The notes beneath the pieces were generated by a model. That model was not told the origin of the DNA. It saw only the letters and a list, made by a program, of their open reading frames with translations, and searched no databases. A stretch of DNA of 64,000 nt, from IMG/VR virus record IMGVR_UViG_3300048121_001678, positions 233,165 to 297,164 of that record; one strand, 5' to 3'. The position numbers were made by a program, and so were the translations under genes. The stretch's first letter is position 1; every line of letters begins with the position of its first letter. Below are positions 47,048 through 56,148 of this stretch, piece by piece.

Positions 47048-47127
47048 ACTATAAATACCTTCAAATTATGGTATTTACTTTTTTTATTTTAGATTTACAT
47101 AATCTAATTATTATTCATACTTTTAAT

Positions 47128-47355
47128 ATGAATAAAACAAAAGTCTCATTAAAGAGACATATCGCAAAAACCTTAACATGGAGAATAGTTGGTACCATAG
47201 ATACAATGGTATTAGGTTGGTTAGTATCAGGAGACCCAATTATTGGTTTAACCATCGGTTCATTTGAAGTAGTTACTAAAATGGTACTGTATTTTATACA
47301 CGAAAGAGTGTGGTATAAGTATGATTATGGTGTTAAAAGAAAGGATAAAAACTAA
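47128..47355 (+). CDS. DUF2061-family membrane protein
   Basis: RHIAKTLTWRIVGTIDT..E..TKMVLYFIHERVW. Confidence 0.8.
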   Translation: MNKTKVSLKRHIAKTLTWRIVGTIDTMVLGWLVSGDPIIGLTIGSFEVVTKMVLYFIHERVWYKYDYGVKRKDKN

Positions 47356-47398
47356 TAATAGTGTATTATCGATATATTTATTACATATAAATTAGTAT

Positions 47399-48022
47399 AT
47401 GGACTGGATAAAGATTGCAGAACTATTAATAACATCACTAACGTCAATTATTATTGCACTGTTAGGTGCTGGTTATTTTAGAAAAATGACGATTAAAAAA
47501 GAGAAAAATAAATCTAAAGAGTCGTTGATGCAGCAAATTAAAAACGACGAGATTGTTCACTTATCAATTCGTGAAATAAGGAGAAGATATAACGCAGATA
47601 GAGTATATATTTGGCAATTCCATAACGGTGGGAGCTTTTATACCTCATCACCAATGCAAAAAATTTCAATTACTTACGAAAGAAACTCAGACGGGTTAGA
47701 AAGAAAGGCAGATAAAAACCAAAACCATTTAGTGTCACATTTCAACACTTTTGTTAAAGATGTTATCGACTATAATATGTATTACTCAAATATTGAAACA
47801 ATGCAAGATTTAGGGTTGAGGTCATTAGCACAATCTAATGGAACCAAATCCCATACTTCGGTACCTATTTACGATAAACTTGGTAACTTAGTTGCCATAT
47901 TATCTCTTGACTGGGTCTTTTCACTAATCCCTACAGAGTATCTTAAAAAAGACGGTGACTTCACTCAAGATTTTAAAGAGGAAATATCAAAGGATGCCGA
48001 CACATTAGATAATTATTTATAA
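47399..48022 (+). CDS. Single-TM protein with GAF-like domain; holin candidate (T4 gpt-like architecture)
   Basis: N-terminal TM; ADRVYIWQFHNG..PIYD..GNLVAILSLDW; TATTTAT at 47375-47381. Confidence 0.6.
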   Translation: MDWIKIAELLITSLTSIIIALLGAGYFRKMTIKKEKNKSKESLMQQIKNDEIVHLSIREIRRRYNADRVYIWQFHNGGSFYTSSPMQKISITYERNSDGLERKADKNQNHLVSHFNTFVKDVIDYNMYYSNIETMQDLGLRSLAQSNGTKSHTSVPIYDKLGNLVAILSLDWVFSLIPTEYLKKDGDFTQDFKEEISKDADTLDNYL

Positions 48023-48023
48023 T

Positions 48024-48257
48024 ATGATGAGATATAAGAAATTAATAATTACACTACTGTTAATATCACTACTATCAGTTATTGACACGATTAAAGGTGC
48101 GGTGATTATGGAGTATGGATATAGTTATCAGTTTTGTTTTATTGAATTAGTTTCTTTACTAACCGGTATAATTTTATTATTGTATGTTTATAAAAATATA
48201 AGTAATAGTAAATGTACAACAATAATAAAAAAATCATCTGATGACGTTTCAAATTAA
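48024..48257 (+). CDS. Small 2-TM protein
   Basis: Two hydrophobic helices. Confidence 0.55.
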   Translation: MMRYKKLIITLLLISLLSVIDTIKGAVIMEYGYSYQFCFIELVSLLTGIILLLYVYKNISNSKCTTIIKKSSDDVSN

Positions 48258-48525
48258 CATAGAAGAAAAGAAAATATTATTTACCGAGCCGTTCACCAAA
48301 CATGATTTAGAGGAGGTACTTAACCTACTCAATATCGATGGTGTTGAAGATTGGAAAGTCGATGTGTCTGAAGACTACAAATCTAACCCGCAACCATACA
48401 TTCCACCGACAGATAATACAGGTACGGGATGGCAAAGTCCATATGTTATCACCTCAACAGGTTCAGAATCAATAAATTTTATAAATAATAGTTCCACTAA
48501 TGAATTGGAAACTATTTATAACTAA
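48241..48525 (+). CDS. Hypothetical protein
   Basis: 94 aa ORF. Confidence 0.55.
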   Translation: MTFQINIEEKKILFTEPFTKHDLEEVLNLLNIDGVEDWKVDVSEDYKSNPQPYIPPTDNTGTGWQSPYVITSTGSESINFINNSSTNELETIYN

Positions 48526-48536
48526 ACTTAAATATT

Positions 48537-49037
48537 ATGCTAAAGAAATTAATAAACTTTTTTAAAGAAATTTTCGGTAAAACTGAAAATAAAAATATTA
48601 ATAAACCGTATAAAAATGATTTTAATACTGAACCAAAAGTAGAGTCTTGGAAAGAAAAACAAGAAGAAAAATTAGAAGAACTAAAAGATATTTTAGAAAC
48701 ACCTAAACCATCTTCTACACCTAAACCATCTTCTACACCTAAACCATCTTCAACACCTGAGCCATCTTCAACACCTGAACCAGTTAGACGAGATGAAGGT
48801 ATGTTCGAAAGAGGTCTTTATGAGGAACTCATTAACTTTTTAATGGGTGCTGGATTCAACGAACATGAGGTTGGTCTATACATAAAAGAATTGGGAGAAG
48901 GATTATTTATTATCGATTTTATCGAAAAAACAATAACTAAGAAAATGGGTAACACATCTATTGATGGTAGAATATTAGAAGGACCTGAAGGTTTTGATAG
49001 AGTTGTTAGATTTTTAGAAAAACATAGGGGACTATAA
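48537..49037 (+). CDS. Hypothetical protein with TPKPSS repeats
   Basis: 166 aa ORF. Confidence 0.6.
   Translation: MLKKLINFFKEIFGKTENKNINKPYKNDFNTEPKVESWKEKQEEKLEELKDILETPKPSSTPKPSSTPKPSSTPEPSSTPEPVRRDEGMFERGLYEELINFLMGAGFNEHEVGLYIKELGEGLFIIDFIEKTITKKMGNTSIDGRILEGPEGFDRVVRFLEKHRGL
48699..48782 (+). repeat. In-frame 18-bp tandem repeat (TPKPSS x4.7)
   Basis: acacctaaaccatcttct and variants. Confidence 0.88.
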
Positions 49038-49047
49038 CTATAAGTTA

Positions 49048-49893
49048 TTATTCAATATTTATAGGATAACTTAAACTAAGTCGGTAATTATTACCGACTT
49101 TTTTTATTGTCAAATTTTCTTTGAATGAATCCGAAAGTTTGTTTTCCAAATCAATAATGAACTCGGAATTTGGTTGGGTAATATCTATTGGGTATTCCTC
49201 TAATAGAATCGGTGACATAGTAAAAGACGATATTATTGTAACATCACCACCACTGGAGTTTGTCAAATCATAAAACTTAACACTAACATCTTCTTGGTTA
49301 TCATATAGTTTTTTAAGGTCATTAAAAAGATTCATATTAGTGAAAGTCCAGTAGTATCTCAAAGGCTCAACAACTTCATCATCTGTTTCAGTCCTACCAT
49401 CACCATCACACTCATGACACTCAATTTCAGATTCACCATCACACCACTCACAATATTTCAGTCCTGAAGAATTACAATTATCACAACCTTCTGTTTCACC
49501 ATCGTCACCTTCTACCTCACCTGTGCCGTCACAATAATCACATTCTATTTCACCATCGCCATCACATTCACCACATTCTTTCTGACCGTCACCGTAACAA
49601 TATTCACATTCAACGACATTATTAGTTATTTCGTTGATATCATCAATAACAACTAATTTAATTTTCTCCGATTTACGTTTCGACTCTTCCATTGAATACC
49701 CTTCAAATAAAAAGAAAATTACGTAACAAAGTTTCAGTACATCATAAGGACTTAAGTCCTTAATCAAAGACCTACTAGTTGGGTGTTCAACAACCTTACT
49801 AATAATAAATGAAACATGGGGAGAACGTCCAGTTTTAAGTTCTGTAAGATTAATTTCAACCCAAGATTTTAGTATATTAATTATTTTATCCAT
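49048..49893 (-). CDS. Protein with DnaJ-type CxxCxGxG zinc-finger repeats, no J domain
   Basis: Six CxxC(xGxG) units; TATTTAT at 49913-49919. Confidence 0.7.
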   Translation of the reverse strand: MDKIINILKSWVEINLTELKTGRSPHVSFIISKVVEHPTSRSLIKDLSPYDVLKLCYVIFFLFEGYSMEESKRKSEKIKLVVIDDINEITNNVVECEYCYGDGQKECGECDGDGEIECDYCDGTGEVEGDDGETEGCDNCNSSGLKYCEWCDGESEIECHECDGDGRTETDDEVVEPLRYYWTFTNMNLFNDLKKLYDNQEDVSVKFYDLTNSSGGDVTIISSFTMSPILLEEYPIDITQPNSEFIIDLENKLSDSFKENLTIKKVGNNYRLSLSYPINIE

Positions 49894-49949
49894 TAAAATT
49901 ATATTTGTTATTATAAATATACGAATATTTATAACTAAACAGTATAGTC

Positions 49950-50549
49950 ATGTCAGAATTAAAAAGAATAAAAGAAATAATGAACATACAAGAAGATATG
50001 AAAGTTAGGACTGCACCAATACCAACTAAAGGGTTAGTAAAGGTTATAGAATTTGTATTAAACCAATATGAAATAGATGTTAATTTTTCAACAATAGAGC
50101 CAGATGTTAATATTATAGACACCATACTAAGTAATTTAAAATTAATAGGTTCTAAAAACCTTGGTTGGGAAAGCGCTGACTATATTTATGCTTTTATAAA
50201 AGAGAATGGCTCTCTTTTAAATGACTTGAACTTTAATCATGAAGATTATATGATACCACAAAAAAAAATGTTTAAATGGTCCGGAATTGAGGAGTATACC
50301 GCTTATCATCAAGATACATGGACAGGTAAAGAAGAGGGGTATTCTAAAGATTTTTTAGAATATAGTTTTGACAGTGGTGAATTTGACATCACTGTGGGTA
50401 GTGTAGAGACTGAAGACATGTTAGACACATTCGATACTCGTACTTTTTTAGATAGTATCGAAGAAGTCCCGATGAATGAACGGATTAATAGTGGAAATGC
50501 ATCAATTATCGAAGAATTAAAGAAAATTAACTCAATAATCTTACTTTAA
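49950..50549 (+). CDS. Protein with head-targeting-like leader
   Basis: MSELKRIKEIMNIQED; TATTTAT at 49926-49932. Confidence 0.7.
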   Translation: MSELKRIKEIMNIQEDMKVRTAPIPTKGLVKVIEFVLNQYEIDVNFSTIEPDVNIIDTILSNLKLIGSKNLGWESADYIYAFIKENGSLLNDLNFNHEDYMIPQKKMFKWSGIEEYTAYHQDTWTGKEEGYSKDFLEYSFDSGEFDITVGSVETEDMLDTFDTRTFLDSIEEVPMNERINSGNASIIEELKKINSIILL

Positions 50550-50637
50550 ATTAAAATAAAAGGGAGATGGTAGCGAACCCCTCCCTTTTTTCGTTACCAT
50601 AACTGATAACGGTCCTAAATCCCCTAAAAAGGGGTCG

Positions 50638-50721
50638 TTATTTCATTTGACACACACAATTGGTGCATTGACACCCCTCAGTGAGACAATTTTGATTACA
50701 TGTACAATTTTCGCAAGCCAT
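50638..50721 (-). CDS. 27 aa Cys-rich micropeptide (not in the ORF track)
   Basis: MACENCTCNQNCLTEG..CVCQMK*; TATTTAT at 50737-50743. Confidence 0.55.
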   Translation of the reverse strand: MACENCTCNQNCLTEGCQCTNCVCQMK

Positions 50722-50773
50722 AGTCTTGTTTTTTATATAAATATCATCTATTTTATAATAAAATCACTTAAAA

Positions 50774-50893
50774 ATGGAGTATAATGTTAATATCTGCCCA
50801 CTTTGTGGTGAAAATACTGAAAGAATACCCGAAGATTACATGGTCGGAAATGTTCATTTGACCTGTTTTCTAAAAAAAGAGGAAATTTCTTAA
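50774..50893 (+). CDS. 39 aa zinc-ribbon micro-ORF (not in the ORF track)
   Basis: CPLCG..HLTC. Confidence 0.5.
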   Translation: MEYNVNICPLCGENTERIPEDYMVGNVHLTCFLKKEEIS

Positions 50894-50896
50894 ATT

Positions 50897-51109
50897 TTAC
50901 TTCAAAAAATCACTAATTTGTTCTTTTGAAGGGTAACCTATCTCTTTATCACATTCTTTACAATAAACTTTCATTGTATTTGTTCCATTTTCGAACTTAA
51001 CTTTAGTTTCATTATGTTTACAGGTGTCCTGTAGTGTCTCTTTTTCTTTACTTAAAATCTTTATTTGAGTATCAAGAGACTGAATTTTTTGTATTTTATC
51101 TTTTTCCAT
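50897..51109 (-). CDS. Small zinc-binding protein
   Basis: CKH..YCKECDK; start refined to MEKDK. Confidence 0.6.
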   Translation of the reverse strand: MEKDKIQKIQSLDTQIKILSKEKETLQDTCKHNETKVKFENGTNTMKVYCKECDKEIGYPSKEQISDFLK

Positions 51110-51204
51110 GACTTTTATTTTAGTCATTTATTCGTATAAACGAATAAATGGATATTTCATAAGAAATACCCATTTATATAATAAATTATCATATATAAAT
51201 ATCA

Positions 51205-51804
51205 CTATTCGACCTTAGAATACTCTAACCATGTTGTTAAGATGTACTTATCGTCTGAAATTGGAGTGTGTCCATTATGTACAAAAGGGAAGGTTGCTGG
51301 ATGGCAAATAACACGTCCTTTCTTAGGTTTTATTTTAACATTATCATACATTAATTCAGTCTCACCCCCTTCGTCAACATCATTTAAATATAGAATGAAC
51401 ACAAATAGTCTTGGTGTCGTTCCATAACTATCAGTTTCAAAATGATATGCATTATAGTGACCTGTTTTTTTATCATATTTTTGTAATTGACAGGTAGTGT
51501 ACTCTGTATCTTGAGTGAACACTTGATTAATTGGTGTAAATTTATTTTGAAACGGTAGGGAAAGTAATAATTCCTCAACGACAGTATTAAAACCATCGAA
51601 TACCTGATAACCATACTCCTCCATTAGATGTTCATGGTAAAATAAATTAAGGTCAGTTGTTTTTTTAATATCATTATTTAAACCACTACCACTATGTCCA
51701 TCATAAGAATACTGTGGGTATCTATCAAACAACGAAATTAATTCATCACAAAACTCATCTGTGAAAACATGGTCTTTAATAATAACAAAATCGGATAAGT
51801 TCAT
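51205..51804 (-). CDS. 2OG-Fe(II) oxygenase (prolyl-4-hydroxylase-like)
   Basis: YHFE, ILYLNDVDEGGET, PKKG, HNGH, DKYILTTW. Confidence 0.9.
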   Translation of the reverse strand: MNLSDFVIIKDHVFTDEFCDELISLFDRYPQYSYDGHSGSGLNNDIKKTTDLNLFYHEHLMEEYGYQVFDGFNTVVEELLLSLPFQNKFTPINQVFTQDTEYTTCQLQKYDKKTGHYNAYHFETDSYGTTPRLFVFILYLNDVDEGGETELMYDNVKIKPKKGRVICHPATFPFVHNGHTPISDDKYILTTWLEYSKVE

Positions 51805-51965
51805 ATTTTTAAAAAATTTTTATATTACTAATAATATAATAATGGTTTAAGTAAAATATAGTGTATTATGATTTTAAAAAAATCAATTCTAACGAGCTCA
51901 ATTTACTTAGTGTAGTACTACTGAGTAAAATGGTTGATAGTGTAATAGAAGACTTCTAAATGTGT

Positions 51966-52373
51966 TTAGAACATACCTAAAGTGGTGATAGGTTTGTTAG
52001 TTTTAAATATATTGATGATTCTTTCATCAATTTCACTTTTTTCTTTTTTTCTATTAGTAAGTACTAAGGAGATATCAGATTTATGATTATTAATTGAATT
52101 TTTAGGTAATCCAGTATAGGACTCGGCCTCACCACCTAAAAGTAGATTTGTAATTTCTGAACCTCTTACCCCACCTGTTTTTTCATAAAACTCTAATGGT
52201 GACATTCCTTTGATAGTGTCAAAATTAGTTATTACTCTAATTTTACCTTTCGCTAACCCATCTACGATTTCAAGACGGTCTACAATTATACCATCCATCC
52301 ACTCATACTTAGGAACAATAACTGAATTATAGTATATGGTTAATAAATCTTTGTACGATGGTTTCATAATCAT
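51966..52373 (-). CDS. Hypothetical protein
   Basis: TATTTAT directly upstream. Confidence 0.6.
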   Translation of the reverse strand: MIMKPSYKDLLTIYYNSVIVPKYEWMDGIIVDRLEIVDGLAKGKIRVITNFDTIKGMSPLEFYEKTGGVRGSEITNLLLGGEAESYTGLPKNSINNHKSDISLVLTNRKKEKSEIDERIINIFKTNKPITTLGMF

Positions 52374-52378
52374 AAATA

Positions 52379-53002
52379 TTAGTTATGTCCCTTTTGTTCA
52401 ACCTGAGTTTGCCAAGGTTTAAAGTCTTTTCGTTTTGTTTTTGGAATAAATAATGGGTGTCCCTCTAATGTCTGATGTTCTATTTCTACCCAATTATTCA
52501 TTAAAGGTCTCTGACATTTTTCCCATAACTCGTATGTCTGTTCTTCCATTTCCCATTTTAGTAGGTGGTTGTAGTCAGGGAAATCATCAGGTATTACCTG
52601 TCCTCTAGTTTTCGATTCATATTTATGTGTTTGGAATCTTATAAATGGATTACGTACCCAATACTGTTTTAACGAAACCATATCTTTATAAACAAATACT
52701 ATTAACGCATCTTTTAGTTCCTCATCTTTTAATCTATGTAAATGTGCTGCCTGTGATGGACTAAAAAGGACCCAACCGTCAGGATGTTGAGTATTTATTT
52801 CATATAGTCTTTTCTTCAATCCTTCATTATCACACCAGTAATCTTCGGTGTCCCATGGGTTTTCACATCGTATATATGGTAGATTAGTATCGTGTGCAAT
52901 TATTTTTGCGGTGATTTTATTACCAGCACCGTGAGCACCTGTGACAACAATTTTCTTAAATTGTTTTATATATTCAATATTATCAAAAAAGTTTTTACTC
53001 AT
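52379..53002 (-). CDS. P-loop/sulfotransferase-fold protein
   Basis: IVVTGAHGAGNKI.AKIIA; IVFVYKD; W.EIEH..L. Confidence 0.55.
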   Translation of the reverse strand: MSKNFFDNIEYIKQFKKIVVTGAHGAGNKITAKIIAHDTNLPYIRCENPWDTEDYWCDNEGLKKRLYEINTQHPDGWVLFSPSQAAHLHRLKDEELKDALIVFVYKDMVSLKQYWVRNPFIRFQTHKYESKTRGQVIPDDFPDYNHLLKWEMEEQTYELWEKCQRPLMNNWVEIEHQTLEGHPLFIPKTKRKDFKPWQTQVEQKGHN

Positions 53003-53089
53003 AGATTTAATATAGTTAATAATTATCTTACGGTAAATAAAAAAACCCCACCTATTTAGGGTGAGGTTTAGTTGTTTTTAATTATTATG

Positions 53090-53479
53090 TTATTTCTTAG
53101 TTAGTGTTAAATCAACTAAAGGACTTTTAGTCTCTATTTTATTTTTATTATTTTTTATAGAATTGATGATATAGGTTAATTTTTTATAGGGTAATTCAAA
53201 GGTTTTACCTGTATTATCTGTAATGTAATATTTCCCATCCTTTTTATTTTTATAAATATATTTAACTCCCACAGGTCCATCATAAAGCGCGGTGTCAACC
53301 GTAACTGAATATTTATTTGTTATATTTTTATACTTAGTAAGGATTGGACCACCATGTTTAGAGTTAGCTGGTGATAGAGTCACACCATGTAATGTTATCG
53401 TTTCATTAAGGTTTTCGGTAACGATTCTTTTGATAAGGCTTTTTAATTCCGATTCAGTTAACTTAATAATTTTTTTCAT
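53090..53479 (-). CDS. Small protein with head-targeting-like leader
   Basis: MKKIIKLTESELKSLIKRIVTENLNE; TATTTAT at 53498-53504. Confidence 0.7.
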   Translation of the reverse strand: MKKIIKLTESELKSLIKRIVTENLNETITLHGVTLSPANSKHGGPILTKYKNITNKYSVTVDTALYDGPVGVKYIYKNKKDGKYYITDNTGKTFELPYKKLTYIINSIKNNKNKIETKSPLVDLTLTKK

Positions 53480-53552
53480 AGTCACATGTTTTTATTAATA
53501 AATATATCAGTATTAAAAACCCCCACATTTCTGTGAGGGTTTAAATACAATT

Positions 53553-53789
53553 CTACTCAACTTCTTTTTTCTTTGAGAAAATCTTAGTAATCCCATCAAT
53601 ACCAAAAGAACCTAAAGTGATAATTACAAATGAATTATATATAAATTCTTGTACTGGTAGGTCCTTACCTAAGAATCCAGTGATAATGTCTGCCGTGGCG
53701 AATAGTGCCATAATTGCAAATGAAGCAAATCCAACAACGTTTTTTTCGTTGATATCATTACTTTCTTTAAAAATGTCTTTGAATGCCAT
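53553..53789 (-). CDS. 2-TM membrane protein, holin-like
   Basis: Two TM helices, basic C-terminus. Confidence 0.6.
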   Translation of the reverse strand: MAFKDIFKESNDINEKNVVGFASFAIMALFATADIITGFLGKDLPVQEFIYNSFVIITLGSFGIDGITKIFSKKKEVE

Positions 53790-53812
53790 GATAAATAATT
53801 TTTATAGTTTAG

Positions 53813-54352
53813 TTAACTATAAATATTCTCTAATGTTTGAATGTCTTCAGGAGATAAAGATTCCCACCATTCATCATTATCTATATGGGCTAAGTGGTAA
53901 CCTTCACGGGAATCTATCTTTCCACTTTGGTACTTTGGATAAGTGTATCCTGTATCTACTTCCAACATTGCACCCACACTTGAAAGTTCGATATAATTGG
54001 TTGGGTGTTTAAGTGGGGCATCATCACTGGTACCTGATATCCATGTTGGTGGCCAACTCTCTTGTATTAATTTAATACTCGCATGGTTGATACCTATGTA
54101 TCTTAATAGGTATTCCAAATTAAACATCAAATCTTGAATGGAAGCAAATCGACCATATTTCATATTGGGTTCCATTGATACTCCAAATATGGTGGGTATG
54201 GGTTTGTCGGTCGTAACCCTTATGGTGTAAAAATCTTCATTTTGAACTTCCACACCTAACACAGTAAAGTGAAGGTCAAGACCATAATAGTCCATAGCTA
54301 ATTTCTTACCTAAACTATTTAAAACCTTTTCTATCGCTTCTTCATTAACCAT
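53813..54352 (-). CDS. Hypothetical protein
   Basis: N-terminal domain ends LEYLLRYIG, like the 62.5-64 kb family. Confidence 0.65.
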   Translation of the reverse strand: MVNEEAIEKVLNSLGKKLAMDYYGLDLHFTVLGVEVQNEDFYTIRVTTDKPIPTIFGVSMEPNMKYGRFASIQDLMFNLEYLLRYIGINHASIKLIQESWPPTWISGTSDDAPLKHPTNYIELSSVGAMLEVDTGYTYPKYQSGKIDSREGYHLAHIDNDEWWESLSPEDIQTLENIYS

Positions 54353-54365
54353 ATATGGTAAGTTT

Positions 54366-55517
54366 TTAACCTTTACGTGTATCCCTAATTGGTTTATCGT
54401 AATGAATTACCTTTTTACCACCACTACTATAATCCACTTTATAGTTTTTGTTATGGAATACTATAATATCTTTACCGTTTGAATAAAGAATATAATTTAG
54501 GCCTGACGATACTTTATTTTTGTACCAATCTTTCATTCCATATGTGGAAACACTAAATGTACCGTTATCTAGTTCTTCTATTTTACTTAATGGTTTTATT
54601 TGGTAACCCTTACCTTTAATAGAAACATCTATAGAGTCAATACGGTCTCTAATTGAACCTAAACAATATTGAATAATATCTTCATCCTTTAATGAGGGAC
54701 TTAATTCCTTAATCCTATCAATAACTTTTGATTCTGTTTCCCACCCACTTTCGAATGACCTTCGGTTTCTTTTAACTAATGATTGTAGTAATTCACTATC
54801 CTTACCAAATAGCTCGTATCTATTATCGGTCAACCACTGTTTAAAACCACTTAGTGTGTTTGTCTCGTTTTCATCCTTATACTTATCTACTAATATTCTT
54901 ATAACACCTGGATTGGTATCAAAAAAGTTTAGTATTGACCATCTTTCACCTTCAATGGCTGGAAATATATCAATGACACCATCTAAGGTTTCACAACCTG
55001 GCTCCGAAATCCTTCCCCAATTATTGGGGTAAACGTCTTTTAATGTGTCCAGTATATGTTGAGGTATTCCTGATTTTTTTGTTTTTAATAAATTAACCGA
55101 TAAATCATTATCTACGGAACTTAAAGATGAAGACCCATCACTTGTTTTCATTAACGGTAATAACTTATCATAATATAGATTACTTAGTTTATTACCAAAA
55201 ACATAAGGAGTTTTACCGTCATAACGGATAACACTTGAATCAAATTCAAACTCACCATTTTTACCAATAAATAAAACTGTTCTCTCACCATCTTCAGGAT
55301 GTTCATATTCACTTTTACCGAAATCAGTACCGTTAAAAAATACAACACCAATATTATTGGGGTTTCCCTTTTTAGGTAGAACACCTAAACTAGTGTAATT
55401 ATATTCAGGATAATATTCGTCAAAGTCACTAACCTTATTAACTTCAGACATTAAACGGTTCTCTAATCTTTTATTAGATTCTTGTATATGTCTAATCTTA
55501 CTATAACTTCGATTCAT
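54366..55517 (-). CDS. Leader-bearing protein with possible C-terminal PD-(D/E)xK nuclease domain
   Basis: MNRSYSKIRHIQESN..LMSE leader; GWETE..D..DSIDV..GYQIKP; TATTTAT at 55537-55543. Confidence 0.6.
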   Translation of the reverse strand: MNRSYSKIRHIQESNKRLENRLMSEVNKVSDFDEYYPEYNYTSLGVLPKKGNPNNIGVVFFNGTDFGKSEYEHPEDGERTVLFIGKNGEFEFDSSVIRYDGKTPYVFGNKLSNLYYDKLLPLMKTSDGSSSLSSVDNDLSVNLLKTKKSGIPQHILDTLKDVYPNNWGRISEPGCETLDGVIDIFPAIEGERWSILNFFDTNPGVIRILVDKYKDENETNTLSGFKQWLTDNRYELFGKDSELLQSLVKRNRRSFESGWETESKVIDRIKELSPSLKDEDIIQYCLGSIRDRIDSIDVSIKGKGYQIKPLSKIEELDNGTFSVSTYGMKDWYKNKVSSGLNYILYSNGKDIIVFHNKNYKVDYSSGGKKVIHYDKPIRDTRKG

Positions 55518-55616
55518 ATTATTATTACTTTCATTTATAAATATAACTATTTACTCATTTAATTAAATAAAAAACCCCCACCTAATGGTGAGGGTTTATA
55601 TAATATTGATTTTTTA

Positions 55617-56087
55617 TTATCCTTGAGATTTGACTCTACTATCGTTATCGACATAACGACCAATCTCAGCCATCATCATATCAAAGAAGGCCTCATGATT
55701 TCTTTTATCTTTATTGAGTCTAAACATTAATTCTATACCGTTATCATCTAAACACTCTCCAATTTGTTTAACTAACTCACGTATATCATTATCATTTAAT
55801 GGTCCAAGTTTAATACCCTTTCTTGATGGTAATGTTTCAGCATTTTGTTCATCCAATTCTTCTTCTTTCATGGAACCACATTGTTCAACACATTCACCTT
55901 CTTTCAACATACCACCACATTGTTCACATGTTTCTTCTGATGCTTCGCTGATGAATGGTTTTGCGTCACCCGATTTTGTTTCCACCAATTTTTTGAAGTT
56001 ATCAATGGCTAATTTCATTCCACCTTCGTGTTGCTCACGAATTCTATTTTTTTCTTCTTCAGATATATTATTTAATAAATGTTTCAT
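55617..56087 (-). CDS. Acidic protein with head-targeting-like leader and CEQCG module
   Basis: MKHLLNNISEEEKNRIREQHEG; TATTTAT at 56102-56108. Confidence 0.7.
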   Translation of the reverse strand: MKHLLNNISEEEKNRIREQHEGGMKLAIDNFKKLVETKSGDAKPFISEASEETCEQCGGMLKEGECVEQCGSMKEEELDEQNAETLPSRKGIKLGPLNDNDIRELVKQIGECLDDNGIELMFRLNKDKRNHEAFFDMMMAEIGRYVDNDSRVKSQG

Positions 56088-56148
56088 AATAATGTTTTAT
56101 TATAAATACCAAAAAAAACAAAAAAGTGAAAAATACGTCATAGGTATT

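Noticed and set aside
40080-48782. In-frame tandem repeats (DQAN, TPKPSS) and the 27-bp duplication at 18847 as functional systems
   Set aside because: Best explained by replication slippage in linkers; listed as repeats only.
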